Source of the DNA: a virus
IMG/VR virus record: IMGVR_UViG_3300044815_000115
Coordinates: 1-64,000 of that record
DNA: 64,000 nt
Reading direction: 5' to 3' (one strand)
Shown here piece after piece: positions 9,021-18,181 of this stretch (positions are counted from its first letter, which is position 1; every line of letters begins with the position of its first letter). Both the position numbers and the translations under genes were made by a program. The notes beneath the pieces are model-generated. The model made no database searches, was not told the origin of the DNA, and was given only the letters and a program-made list of their open reading frames with translations.

Positions 9021-9196
9021 GCGTGCTCTCCTTCTGTTAGGCGGACTGCCAGGTCCCGCCGGGCACGCGCTTGTCGGATCGCTTCGGGTTCATGTGGTTG
9101 TCCAACCTTTCGGACCAAGGTCGGCGGTTCGGATATGACTGCGTCCGGGGCTCCTTGGTGGCTGCCCCGGACGTCTGTGTAGCGCTTGCTGTGGTC

Positions 9197-9418
9197 CTAG
9201 TTGCGGAGCCTGTCGAGGACGTTGTCCGGGACGAAGATGACGTCCTCGTCGGCGCCGAGGCCAGCGTTGTTGGCGTCGGAGACTGCCTGCAGCGCTGCCC
9301 GCTTCTCCGCGCCGACGATCTTGCCTTGCACGTAGTAGCCGCCGTCGCCCTTGATGAGGGCGGGGCATCCGTTGCCGCCGGAGCTGAGGTCTTTCCAGAG
9401 GAACTCGAGCTCGTCCAT
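9197..9418 (-). CDS. small protein of the family associated with DUF6879
   Basis: LWKDLSSGGNGCPAL...YYVQG...EDVIFVP. Confidence 0.75.
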   Translation of the reverse strand: MDELEFLWKDLSSGGNGCPALIKGDGGYYVQGKIVGAEKRAALQAVSDANNAGLGADEDVIFVPDNVLDRLRN

Positions 9419-9568
9419 GCCGCTGCCCTTCGGTAGGTGCGCGATTGCGAGAGATTCCTTAACCAGGGTCCCACTGGGACATGAGATCACACAACAGCCC
9501 CGGCCACTTGATCAGTGTGACCGGGGTGCCTGCGTGCCCCTCTGGAACCTGGCACTGTTCACTATAGC

Positions 9569-9615
9569 GAAATCCCTCGGGATTTCTTGACTAGAGCTTC
9601 CCTGTAGGTCACCGT
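9569..9615 (+). promoter_or_regulatory. operator GAAATCCC-TC-GGGATTTC abutting promoter TTGACT-N17-CACCGT
   Basis: Perfect 8-bp inverted repeat immediately before a canonical -35 element. Confidence 0.65.
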
Positions 9616-9703
9616 GGAGGTAGGCATTCAGCCGCCATCTCCCGGTCGGGGTTGGAGAGCACAAGCCCAGCCCCGACCGGACATCAAAGCCTCGGAGGCA
9701 TCC

Positions 9704-10009
9704 ATGGCCCTTCCGGCCACACCCTTGACCGACCTGCTGATGCGGGCCGCGTACCTGGGCAACCTGGTCCTCGACACGGAGTCCGGCCGCTACTACCGGC
9801 TCGACACCTGCGGCAGCCCCGACGACAGGCAGACCCTCGCCGACGGCGACGTCATCGGTGTCGGCTGCCCCTGCGGTAAGCGCCCCCAGTACGGCAACGC
9901 CGCCGACGGGATCGAGACGGAACACATCAACGACCTGATCGCCCGAGGCGACCTCGCGGCGGCCGGAACCGTCGGACCGGGCCTCATACGGATCGGGGGG
10001 ACCCGATGA
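9704..10009 (+). CDS. hypothetical protein
   Basis: GGAGG RBS; first gene of the + operon. Confidence 0.65.
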   Translation: MALPATPLTDLLMRAAYLGNLVLDTESGRYYRLDTCGSPDDRQTLADGDVIGVGCPCGKRPQYGNAADGIETEHINDLIARGDLAAAGTVGPGLIRIGGTR

Positions 10010-10314
10010 CCATCACCGCGAACCCGACCACCGCCACCTGCCCCACCTGGTGCCGGCGCATCCACGACGAAGGCCCGCTCGAGTCCGTCATCCACGAGTC
10101 CGACCGGGCGGAGGTTTTCGCCCTGCCACACCCGGGCGGCCCGTCGAAGCCCGTCCGTGTCTCCCTCGGCCAGGACGACGACGACCGGGTGTACGTGCTG
10201 CTCGGCGAGGCCGAACTGACCCCGGGCGACGCCGAACACCTCATCGCCGTGCTGACGACCTTGGTGAACCGGGCGTACGCGACCCTCGACAACCTGGCGG
10301 GGGTGACCCAGTGA
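10006..10314 (+). CDS. DUF6907-like protein
   Basis: CPTWC...H...H N-terminus; ATGA overlap. Confidence 0.6.
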   Translation: MTITANPTTATCPTWCRRIHDEGPLESVIHESDRAEVFALPHPGGPSKPVRVSLGQDDDDRVYVLLGEAELTPGDAEHLIAVLTTLVNRAYATLDNLAGVTQ

Positions 10315-10535
10315 GCGCCGGCATCGACCATCTGATCGTCAACGCCGCCGGTGACAACCTGGTCACCTACGACGGCTCCACCAAGTACGGTTTCCGCCTC
10401 GACGACCAGGTCGTCGACTTCGACCTGTCGCAGCGGCTGGACCAGATGGCCCACGATGGCCTGCTCGTCGTGGACCGCAGCGACAACGGGTCCTTCGTGA
10501 CGCCGACCCGCGCGGGTTGGGCGGCTGTCGTATGA
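10311..10535 (+). CDS. small wHTH-like hypothetical protein
   Basis: Overlapping start/stop; GLL...TPTRAG wing-like motif. Confidence 0.55.
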   Translation: MSAGIDHLIVNAAGDNLVTYDGSTKYGFRLDDQVVDFDLSQRLDQMAHDGLLVVDRSDNGSFVTPTRAGWAAVV

Positions 10536-10792
10536 GCCACAGCCCGGACACCGAGCAGCACATCACCGAGTGCATCGGCCCTCGCGTCGTCGGCACCCGC
10601 TGGAGGTCGCATTACTGGGGCGTCGAGGTGACCGTTCTGGCCGTCGACCGTGACCCGCCCGGCTGGGAGTTGTGGACGGTCACCGAGGCCACCGATGAGG
10701 AACTTGCCCGGAACGCGTCTCGCACGCATTGCACGCGGTGGGACTACGACCGGGATCAGGTCATCACCCAGCTGCAGGAGGCGACCCGGTGA
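10532..10792 (+). CDS. hypothetical protein
   Basis: ATGA overlap; RTHCTRWD motif. Confidence 0.65.
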   Translation: MSHSPDTEQHITECIGPRVVGTRWRSHYWGVEVTVLAVDRDPPGWELWTVTEATDEELARNASRTHCTRWDYDRDQVITQLQEATR

Positions 10793-11100
10793 GCCGCGCG
10801 AAGACGACAGCCCAGTGGCGCCGCGATGATCCGGTGTTCGCCGCGATGAGCGACGACGTCGTGCGGCTGCGGAACAACTGGCCCGGCACCCATTCTGTCG
10901 CGCACCGCGACGAGACCACCGGTGCGGTCACGTTCCACCTGCACGTCCGCGAACACGACCTCGGCAAGCTCCGGCAGATGCTCGGCAACATCCCGGTCAA
11001 CCCGATGCGCGATGCCAGGTCGGGTCTCACCACCTACCACTTCCGTGGCCGCAGGCCGGACATGGACCGCCTCCTGTCACGGCTGGGGGCGACCCGATGA
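10789..11100 (+). CDS. hypothetical protein
   Basis: GTGA overlap chain. Confidence 0.6.
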   Translation: MSRAKTTAQWRRDDPVFAAMSDDVVRLRNNWPGTHSVAHRDETTGAVTFHLHVREHDLGKLRQMLGNIPVNPMRDARSGLTTYHFRGRRPDMDRLLSRLGATR

Positions 11101-11327
11101 CCGCCCGCACCGACGCCATGGACCAGATCGTCCACCTTATCGAGGACGGCACCGGCTTGAGTGACACGGCCGGAACCCTCGCCAGCGCCCTGCAACACGA
11201 GGTCGCCGACGACGGCACCTCCGCCCCGTTCTGGTCGCACCTCGCCGACCTGCTGACCTTGCACACCGTATCGCTGCTGACGGCCGCCGAGACGGCCCGA
11301 CGGCTCGCTGACACCGCTGAGGAGTGA
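11097..11327 (+). CDS. hypothetical protein
   Basis: ATGA overlap chain. Confidence 0.6.
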   Translation: MTARTDAMDQIVHLIEDGTGLSDTAGTLASALQHEVADDGTSAPFWSHLADLLTLHTVSLLTAAETARRLADTAEE

Positions 11328-11524
11328 CTGCCATGAGTGCCCCCACCACCACCTACGCCTCCGGCGACTTCGACGACTTCCGCGCCTGGGAGGTCGAGTG
11401 CGCCGACCGGCCCGAAATGGACCCGGACGTGGACTGGCGGCTTCCGCCCCGCCATCACCGGCCGTCGCGGCAGGTGCAGAAGTACCGCGCCATCACCGAT
11501 TCGCTCACCGAGCGGGAGGCGTAG
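11324..11524 (+). CDS. hypothetical protein
   Basis: Overlap chain. Confidence 0.55.
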   Translation: MTAMSAPTTTYASGDFDDFRAWEVECADRPEMDPDVDWRLPPRHHRPSRQVQKYRAITDSLTEREA

Positions 11525-11526
11525 CC

Positions 11527-11886
11527 GTGCGCATCCTGTGGATCGTCTCGGACGTTCCCACCCCGGCCGGTGTCGTCTTCGACGAGGTTCGTACCGCCGA
11601 GTTCACGCCGTCCGCGCCCCAGCAGTGCCGGGCGTGCAGCGCCTCCGATGTCGGCCACCGCTGGCAGGTCACCGACGACGCGGTCACCGTCGCATGCTCC
11701 GAGCAGGGCAAGTACACCCCGCCCCGGCCCGGTGACCGCCTCGACGGCATGGAGTGGACGGGCCAGTCGTGGGCACCGATCTGCCCCGCCTGTGATGTTC
11801 CGATGACCGAGTACAACGCGTCGGCCGAGTTGTACTGCCTGGCGTGCAGGGTCAGCTACATCGCCCGGATGAGGGCCGAACGGTGA
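11527..11886 (+). CDS. Zn-finger-like hypothetical protein
   Basis: CxxC pairs (CRAC, CPAC, CLAC); GGAGG RBS. Confidence 0.55.
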   Translation: MRILWIVSDVPTPAGVVFDEVRTAEFTPSAPQQCRACSASDVGHRWQVTDDAVTVACSEQGKYTPPRPGDRLDGMEWTGQSWAPICPACDVPMTEYNASAELYCLACRVSYIARMRAER

Positions 11887-12059
11887 CCGCCCAGTGCTGG
11901 CTGCACCCCGAGGGTGAGGAACACGACGTGACCCTGCTGGTCGGGGTGCGCCGTGACGACGGCCAGGTCGAGCCAGCGGATCTGCGATGCGCACGGGCTT
12001 TCCCCGACGAGGACATGCTGCCCGCGACGGAGATCAACGTCGAGGTGGTCCGGTCATGA
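11883..12059 (+). CDS. hypothetical protein
   Basis: GTGA/ATGA overlaps. Confidence 0.5.
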   Translation: MTAQCWLHPEGEEHDVTLLVGVRRDDGQVEPADLRCARAFPDEDMLPATEINVEVVRS

Positions 12060-12289
12060 CCGCCACCTTGGACGTCGACCTGCACGTCGAGGCGCTGTTC
12101 GTTTCCGACGTGCAGCGCTCTCAGCACCCGACCGCTGAACTGGTCCGCGCCGTCGTCGCCTCGACCGAGGACCGCCTGGGCAAGACCGGCTGTGCGGGCC
12201 TGGTGGCGCAGGAGTTCGGCGACCACCCCGACTGTGCGTGCCACCGGATGGAGTGGGCGATCGCCGCTGTCCACGACGCGTTCGCCTGA
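12056..12289 (+). CDS. conserved actinobacterial hypothetical protein
   Basis: EALFVSDVQRS...GCAGLVAQEFGDHP...RMEWA motif. Confidence 0.7.
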   Translation: MTATLDVDLHVEALFVSDVQRSQHPTAELVRAVVASTEDRLGKTGCAGLVAQEFGDHPDCACHRMEWAIAAVHDAFA

Positions 12290-12376
12290 CCGGCCACCTT
12301 GGCCGCCAGCTCCCCTTCCCCGGTGCTGGCGACCGTGGTGGCCGGTCGGACCGTCTGATCGCTGAGAAAGGAACCC

Positions 12377-12589
12377 ATGTACACCGACGACAGGCCAAAG
12401 CCGGAGCACCTGAGCATTCCCATCAGTGCCCTCGCTGAGGCCCCGCCCAGCAATTCCGTACGGCAGACCGTCCTGGACACCGCCGAGCGCCACCCCGACT
12501 ACGACTACACCGAGGTACACGAACTGCTCGGTGAGATGGGCCGATCGGTCGAACTGAAGCACGTTATCGGCGCGATGACGGGCCTCTGA
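12377..12589 (+). CDS. hypothetical protein
   Basis: AAAGGA RBS; flanked by hairpins. Confidence 0.6.
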   Translation: MYTDDRPKPEHLSIPISALAEAPPSNSVRQTVLDTAERHPDYDYTEVHELLGEMGRSVELKHVIGAMTGL

Positions 12590-12663
12590 CCCACCGCCTT
12601 GCTCCACAGCCTGCCTGTGGGGTTTGGCGGCCCGTCAGACGACGGCCGAGACAAGGACGTGAC

Positions 12664-12924
12664 ATGAGCGAACTGACCATCACCCTGACCCGAGCCCTTT
12701 TCGAGCGGCTGCGCACCGGTCAGCACATCTGGTGGGACGACAACACCGGCCGTGAGGTACTGGTGCGCATGGAGGGCGGGGACCCGAATTACGTCTACAA
12801 CGGTGCGACTGTGGCGGCGCTGACGTCCGGGGATCTGGACTTGATCGAGTCGCCGGACGGCCTGATCGTCGCCGACGTGACCGGTACGACCGGCTGGCGG
12901 ATCCGCATGGAGGCGTCCCGGTGA
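12664..12924 (+). CDS. hypothetical protein
   Basis: AAGGA RBS. Confidence 0.6.
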   Translation: MSELTITLTRALFERLRTGQHIWWDDNTGREVLVRMEGGDPNYVYNGATVAALTSGDLDLIESPDGLIVADVTGTTGWRIRMEASR

Positions 12925-13106
12925 GCGGGGAGCAGATGTGCCCGGGTTGCATCGGTAGAGGGACCGGCACGCGGTGTTACATGTGCAGCCGGCCCATCCC
13001 GGTCTGGTTGCAGCGCAAGCCGAGCGATCCGTCTGAGGCGCCCGGCGTGGTGCTCGACGGCTGGGCGTTCGCCGTCACGCTGGAAGCCCTCAGGAGGGTG
13101 TCGTGA
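12921..13106 (+). CDS. Cys-rich microprotein
   Basis: CPGC...CYMC; overlap chain. Confidence 0.55.
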   Translation: MSGEQMCPGCIGRGTGTRCYMCSRPIPVWLQRKPSDPSEAPGVVLDGWAFAVTLEALRRVS

Positions 13107-13375
13107 CCGAACTGACGATCGAGGTCGAAGCGTTCTGGGGCGACAACGACACCCACAACGAGATGTGGATGGTCGGCCCCTACGTGACGGTCGAGGAGCG
13201 CGAGCGGGACCTGCTCAAGCTCAACAGCCTGCCGGGTAACGACGGCTCCGCGTTGTTCTTCTACTGCCACAAGCCGATGACGGCGGCCGACAATCATGTG
13301 ACCCCGGATCGGCTGTCGCGGGTGACCACGTTCGAAGAGCTGTTGGACGCGTTCGAGTACGGGCCTCCGCGGTGA
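13103..13375 (+). CDS. hypothetical protein
   Basis: Overlap chain, GGAGG RBS. Confidence 0.6.
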   Translation: MTELTIEVEAFWGDNDTHNEMWMVGPYVTVEERERDLLKLNSLPGNDGSALFFYCHKPMTAADNHVTPDRLSRVTTFEELLDAFEYGPPR

Positions 13376-13608
13376 CGGCCCCGATCGTCGCGCTCGCCGC
13401 GGACACCGTCCCGGTCCCGGGTGGCTGGCGTGTCCACCGCCCCGACGGCACCTCCCGCACGGTCCTGAAGCGGCCGTCGGGCGACGGCTGGGCCGTGTTC
13501 AACGGCACGTCGACGGACACGAGCCGGGAGCCTGCGCTGGGCTACCCCGGCAGCTGGCGGCAGAAGCCGGAGGCGGCGATCGAGTGGGCGCGGACGGCGA
13601 CGTCATGA
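13372..13608 (+). CDS. hypothetical protein
   Basis: Overlap chain. Confidence 0.55.
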   Translation: MTAPIVALAADTVPVPGGWRVHRPDGTSRTVLKRPSGDGWAVFNGTSTDTSREPALGYPGSWRQKPEAAIEWARTATS

Positions 13609-13868
13609 ACGTGCTTGAGCACCTGACCGAGATGTTCGAGGGCTCGGACGAGTGGAAGGAGCTTTGCGAGCTGCAGTACCTGCCCGCCGAGCTTGCCCCC
13701 GGCACCGAACGCGATGCGGTGTGCAACCGGCTGGCGGAGATTCTGGAGGCCCACGCGGACCGGATGGAACGGTCCGGGCTGGTGCGGTGGTTTGCGTCGT
13801 CGTTCACCCCGGACGGTTTGCGGGCCGACGCGGCGGTGTGGCGCGAGGGCAGGGATCCGCATGCCTGA
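13605..13868 (+). CDS. hypothetical protein
   Basis: ATGA overlap. Confidence 0.6.
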   Translation: MNVLEHLTEMFEGSDEWKELCELQYLPAELAPGTERDAVCNRLAEILEAHADRMERSGLVRWFASSFTPDGLRADAAVWREGRDPHA

Positions 13869-13904
13869 CAGCGACGAGGACTGGGCGCGTACGGAGGCGA
13901 CGTC

Positions 13905-14087
13905 GTGAGTGGCAGCGACTGGGTGGTGCTGGCCGCATTGCAGTGCCCCGCCGGCGGCTTGTGTGACTGCAAGCATCCCGGTGGGGAGTGGGCGTGCTCG
14001 CACTGTCGCTGCGACTGTTCGTGGCCGGATCAGTTCGAGACGGACTACGACCCGGATGCATGCGTGTGCTGTCACCGCATGCCGTGA
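13905..14087 (+). CDS. Cys-rich microprotein
   Basis: 10 Cys in 60 aa; GGAGG RBS. Confidence 0.55.
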   Translation: MSGSDWVVLAALQCPAGGLCDCKHPGGEWACSHCRCDCSWPDQFETDYDPDACVCCHRMP

Positions 14088-14168
14088 GATTTGAGTGCGG
14101 GGCCCGGACATCCACCCCTGAAGGTCGCGGGCCCCGCTTGATCGCAATCCCGATGAAGGAGGAATCGC

Positions 14169-14740
14169 ATGTCACAGAGTACGCAAGGTGAACAGCGGCA
14201 GGGCAACGGTCGAGACGAGAAGCCGACGACCGGCACGCAGCAGGACACGCAGCGCCGCGCCGGGCAGGCCGCGGGCAGGGATCGGCGGCGGATCAATGTC
14301 TGAGCCGAAGCGCAGGCAGTGGAAGCCCACGCCTGAGGAGGCTGCGGAGATCCTGGCCGGCATGTTGCACGAGGCGGCCGTGCAGGACGCGCACACGACG
14401 AGGAGGCACCACTGATGGCCAACGGCACCGAGTTGCAGCGCGGCACGTGGCGTCTGGAACGGGACGAGGACGGCCGTGAGGTTCAGGTCGAGGACCACTC
14501 CGGGCGTGACGGGCACGGGCCGATCAGTCCCAGGCCGCAGGAGCCGAAGCGGTGAGTTCCGTCGCCGACCTCATCGACTACTTCGCGTGGAACGAGCCGG
14601 GAGAGCTGGACCGGATGGAGCGGGATATCCGCGCCGAGGCCGACAACCCGGAGTGGTCGGAACCGGAACGCCACCGCAAGCAGGAGGCACGCCGTCGGAC
14701 GCTCGAGCGGATCGGTGAGGCGAGACGGCACGCGCGGTGA
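14169..14740 (+). other. operon of four microproteins (14169-14303, 14296-14415, 14415-14555, 14552-14740)
   Basis: Strong AAGGAGG RBS and overlapping starts/stops. Confidence 0.5.
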
Positions 14741-14752
14741 AGACGGACCCCG

Positions 14753-14989
14753 TTAGCTTCCGGCTGGCGGGGTTCTCTTCTTTGGCCGACCCCTCGGTGG
14801 CGTCTCGGCCGCAACGGCCGCCAGATATGCGGCCAGACCGTCCAGTCGGCGCGCCGGGTTGGCTCGGAATTCCATGAGCATCGCCTGCAGTAGTTGGTTC
14901 ATGTTGACCCCGTTCGCCTCGGCCGACTCCTTCGCAGCGTCGTAGAGCTCAGGCTCTGGGCGAAAGTTGCGGGTGGGCCAGCGGGTCAC
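14753..14989 (-). CDS. ribbon-helix-helix (Arc-like) regulator
   Basis: TRNFRPEPELYDAAKESAEANGVNMNQLLQAML; C-terminal RGRPKK. Confidence 0.65.
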   Translation of the reverse strand: MTRWPTRNFRPEPELYDAAKESAEANGVNMNQLLQAMLMEFRANPARRLDGLAAYLAAVAAETPPRGRPKKRTPPAGS

Positions 14990-15088
14990 TCGGTCAGCAT
15001 CCCATAACGTGCTTGCCATTTTCTATGCAGGCTGCGATAGTTGTAACAGATAATTGGAGCGCCATATCTGACCAGGAAGTTTCTGCGC

Positions 15089-15346
15089 ATGTCCCGCGAG
15101 ATAGCGATCCGCACCAGCAACCTGCAGCCGTCCGAGCTCGTCGACGGTGAGCTGATCGACGCGATGCCGTGGCACTCCCTGTGCGGCGAACCCCACCCGG
15201 TCGTCGACTCCTACGTCGAGTGCTGCTGCGGCGACACCCACAGCCTCGACCAGTTCGTGTGCTGCGGCTGCGGCCACCACCACGACATGGACCGCGGCTG
15301 CCTGCCTGCGGGCCCGTGCGGGTCATTCGTCTGCTGCATCAACTGA
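15089..15346 (+). CDS. Cys/His-rich microprotein
   Basis: CCCG, CCGCGHHH and CC motifs. Confidence 0.55.
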   Translation: MSREIAIRTSNLQPSELVDGELIDAMPWHSLCGEPHPVVDSYVECCCGDTHSLDQFVCCGCGHHHDMDRGCLPAGPCGSFVCCIN

Positions 15347-15362
15347 ACCCGAAAGGCATCTC

Positions 15363-15644
15363 ATGGATTTCTCTCCAGCCCTCGTTGACTCCTGCTTCGA
15401 CGGCTCCCGCATGTGGTGGACCTACGAGTTCCCCAACGGGCACTCCGCCGCGGTCTCGCTGGACCCGGAGTTCCCGTTCCGGTTCGAGGTCGAGTCCAGT
15501 GACCCGGAAGACGTCAAGGCCAACCCGGTCCGCACCACGACCGGTGCCGGCACCGTCGCCAACCTGACCACCGAGCAGGTGGAGGCGAAGCTGGCCAAAC
15601 TCGCCGGGCTCGAGCGGGTCGAGTACGGCCAGGTGACGCTGTGA
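15363..15644 (+). CDS. phage hypothetical protein
   Basis: YEFPNGHSAAV...LTTEQVEAKLAKL pattern; AAAGG RBS. Confidence 0.65.
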   Translation: MDFSPALVDSCFDGSRMWWTYEFPNGHSAAVSLDPEFPFRFEVESSDPEDVKANPVRTTTGAGTVANLTTEQVEAKLAKLAGLERVEYGQVTL

Positions 15645-15826
15645 TGGACGTGTCCTCGTTCCACATCGACGACTACCGGGGCGACGCCCTGGACCGGCGC
15701 ATCCAGGAGGTCCTCGAGTTCGAACTGAACCTTGAGGACGACGGCGAGATGTTGATGCCGTTGAAGCGGCACGAGATCGGCTCGCTGTGGACGTCGATTC
15801 GCCGCCTGGTCGAGGAGTCGGCGTGA
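15641..15826 (+). CDS. hypothetical protein
   Basis: Overlap chain. Confidence 0.55.
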   Translation: MMDVSSFHIDDYRGDALDRRIQEVLEFELNLEDDGEMLMPLKRHEIGSLWTSIRRLVEESA

Positions 15827-16059
15827 TGTTCGACCGCGCCGTGTTCGTGCAGGGTGCATTCCAACTCCGTGAGTTCGCCGACGGGTATGCCGCGCTCGGG
15901 CTGGACGCCGAGTCTGCCGCCGCGTGGGCGAACCGTGGTTTCCTGCCCGGCGAGGCCGAGATTTGGCTGGCCGAAGACCACACCCCGCAGCGTGCCTCGT
16001 ACTGGGCGAACAAGTACACCGTCTCACCCGCCGAAGCCCGAGAAAGGGATGGCCGATGA
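15826..16059 (+). CDS. hypothetical protein
   Basis: Repeated A..W...G..P.EA units. Confidence 0.6.
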   Translation: MFDRAVFVQGAFQLREFADGYAALGLDAESAAAWANRGFLPGEAEIWLAEDHTPQRASYWANKYTVSPAEARERDGR

Positions 16060-16292
16060 CCACCGGCTACCTGACCTGCTTCAAGGGCCGCCTACTCGAC
16101 GGGTCCACGTTGGTCGTCGAGGGCGCCGAATACCCGATCCCTACCCGGACCGCCGACGGCAGTGTCCAGGCCGGTGACCGTGTCCGCGCGGCTGCGACCG
16201 AGGCCGGCTACCGCATCCCGTGCGCGTTCCTCGACGCCATCTCCGACGTCGACGACCACGGCGGCTACACACTCGAGCTGGTGCGGCTGTGA
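16056..16292 (+). CDS. hypothetical protein
   Basis: ATGA overlap. Confidence 0.55.
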   Translation: MTTGYLTCFKGRLLDGSTLVVEGAEYPIPTRTADGSVQAGDRVRAAATEAGYRIPCAFLDAISDVDDHGGYTLELVRL

Positions 16293-16375
16293 CCGCCTTC
16301 GACGACATCCACCGCGCCGCCGCCGTTGTGATGACCTCCGCAGTCCTCTTCCCCTCTTCCTGAAGGAGCCCGACC

Positions 16376-16579
16376 ATGACCACCTCTGACGTCACGCACA
16401 TCCGCACCCGTAAGCGCACCCGCACCCAGTCCGAGCCCACCCCGGAGTCGTCCGACCCTCGCGTGACGGAGATCGACGCAGCGTTGGCGTCGGGCCGCTA
16501 CCTGGAGTGGGCCGACCTGCTCACCGAGGAACGGTCACGGCTGCTGACCGAGCCTGCCCGCAAGATCCTGGCAGCGTGA
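16376..16579 (+). CDS. hypothetical protein
   Basis: AAGGAG RBS. Confidence 0.55.
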   Translation: MTTSDVTHIRTRKRTRTQSEPTPESSDPRVTEIDAALASGRYLEWADLLTEERSRLLTEPARKILAA

Positions 16580-16580
16580 A

Positions 16581-16820
16581 ATGACCACCTACGAGCCGGT
16601 CGAGACCCGCGCCTGGTCCACTCGCGAACTCGCCGCCCTCATCGGCGAGATTGTCAGCGTCAGCTTCCGGCCGGACGGCGGTAAGCCGCTACCTGCAGCC
16701 CGTGTCGCCGACGCCGGCATCGGCCGCTTCGGTCAGGCCTGGATCGAGTTTGAGGGCGGTGGTTCAGCGGCTTGGGACCGCAACCAGATCAGCGTGACCA
16801 TCACGGTGGAGGGGGACTGA
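16581..16820 (+). CDS. hypothetical protein
   Basis: Operon packing. Confidence 0.55.
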   Translation: MTTYEPVETRAWSTRELAALIGEIVSVSFRPDGGKPLPAARVADAGIGRFGQAWIEFEGGGSAAWDRNQISVTITVEGD

Positions 16821-17047
16821 TGGTCTACAGTCCACCGCTCTGGGGCATTTGGTCTAGTGACCGGGCCGCCATGCTCGAAACCGGCATCGAGGATCTGGAA
16901 GATGCCAAGGAACGTGTCTGGAAGTACTTCGACGCCGGAGACGACTCGGTGATGGTTGTCGGCGTATGCCCTCAGCACCCGCAGGGGAAACTCAAGAGCG
17001 GGCGATGCAGGATCTGCCGCCCGTGGCGCACGGATGAGGTGGCCTGA
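16820..17047 (+). CDS. hypothetical protein (C-terminal CPxH...CxxC)
   Basis: TGATG overlap. Confidence 0.55.
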   Translation: MVYSPPLWGIWSSDRAAMLETGIEDLEDAKERVWKYFDAGDDSVMVVGVCPQHPQGKLKSGRCRICRPWRTDEVA

Positions 17048-17244
17048 TGCCCCGCACCAAGTGGCGCACCGTGTCCTGCCTCAACGACAGCCTCCGCTCC
17101 CACGGCTCCCAGTTGGGCGCGTACGGCTGGATCAGCGGCCAGCGTGCGGGCGCCCGCTTCCGGGTCCAGTACGACAAGGGCCGGGGCTGGCAGGACGACG
17201 CGAAGGTTGTGTCAAACGGCGACGGCACCACGGAGGAGGAGTGA
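17047..17244 (+). CDS. hypothetical protein
   Basis: TGATG overlap. Confidence 0.55.
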   Translation: MPRTKWRTVSCLNDSLRSHGSQLGAYGWISGQRAGARFRVQYDKGRGWQDDAKVVSNGDGTTEEE

Positions 17245-17246
17245 CG

Positions 17247-17534
17247 ATGCCTGACATCAAGCTGACCGGCGCCCGACTCGACGTCCTGAAGGGTGTCGCC
17301 GCGGGCGAGGTAAGTCACCACCGCAACTGGGGCCGCGACCCGGATGAGGACATCTGGCGCCCAGGCGGGTACGGCCGAAAGAAGGTCAACGGTGCTGTGG
17401 AATTCCTCCGGACCGTGCACCTGATCCAACTCGGCCCCGCGTCCGGCCCGTCGATGTACTCGGCGCAGCCATGGGTGCTGACGGCCAACGGCGAGCAGTG
17501 GCTTGCCCGCGCCGAGCAGGAGTCCAACCGCTGA
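17247..17534 (+). CDS. wHTH-like hypothetical protein
   Basis: LTGARLDVLKGVAAGEV...VLTANGEQWL. Confidence 0.6.
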   Translation: MPDIKLTGARLDVLKGVAAGEVSHHRNWGRDPDEDIWRPGGYGRKKVNGAVEFLRTVHLIQLGPASGPSMYSAQPWVLTANGEQWLARAEQESNR

Positions 17535-17704
17535 TGTGCCACCCGCCCTGCGTCAACCCGTTCGCGCACATCCAGGCCGACATGGTCAACCTGCCCTGCG
17601 GCTGCCAGGACGTCGTCTACGCCTGCGGCTGCATCTGCCGTGAACACGCACACCTGCAATGCGACGGCCGGCCCGTCGCCGAACTTGAGGAGTCCGCCAA
17701 GTGA
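17534..17704 (+). CDS. Cys-rich microprotein
   Basis: 8 Cys in 56 aa. Confidence 0.5.
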   Translation: MCHPPCVNPFAHIQADMVNLPCGCQDVVYACGCICREHAHLQCDGRPVAELEESAK

Positions 17705-17979
17705 TCGACAACCCGCTCATCGCCGAACAGCACCAAACCTGCTACGGCTGCCCCGACCAGTGGGAAGGCCGGCTACTCTCCGGCGAGTTTTTCTACTTCC
17801 GGTACCGGTCCGGCTGGGCGTCGCTCGCCGTCGGTCATGACGCCGACGCAGTGTCCGGGCGCCAGGACGTCGGCATGGGCCACGGTGACGGGCTGCAGGG
17901 CATCTTCGAGTCCGCCGAGGCCCGGACCGCCGTATTCAACAAGCTGCTGTTCGAGCTGCTCGCCAAGGAGAGCCGATGA
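17701..17979 (+). CDS. phage hypothetical protein
   Basis: QTCYGCPDQWEG...FYFRYRSG motif. Confidence 0.7.
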   Translation: MIDNPLIAEQHQTCYGCPDQWEGRLLSGEFFYFRYRSGWASLAVGHDADAVSGRQDVGMGHGDGLQGIFESAEARTAVFNKLLFELLAKESR

Positions 17980-18181
17980 CCGTCCTTCGGGCGGCGGACC
18001 TGCCGGTCGGGACCATCGTCGCCACGGAAACTATGGCCTGGATCAAGTCTTCCAAGGCCGAGCACGACCTGGAGGGTGGCTCGGTACTGGAGACGAGACG
18101 TCAACCTACGACTGGGAGCCGCAGGAAGCCCTCGACGCCGGCGCCCAGGTGCTGCGGGTCGGCAACGGGAGTAGGCAGTGA
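17976..18181 (+). pseudogene. frameshifted paralog of 20271-20462
   Basis: N-part AADLPVGTIVA; a frame change near 18075 restores W.GT...GAQVLRVG. Confidence 0.55.

Noticed and set aside
13590-13910. Recurrent ...GACGTC(A/G)TGA gene endings as a recombination site
   Set aside because: Explained by an embedded RBS plus ATGA/GTGA translational coupling, which is common in actinophages.
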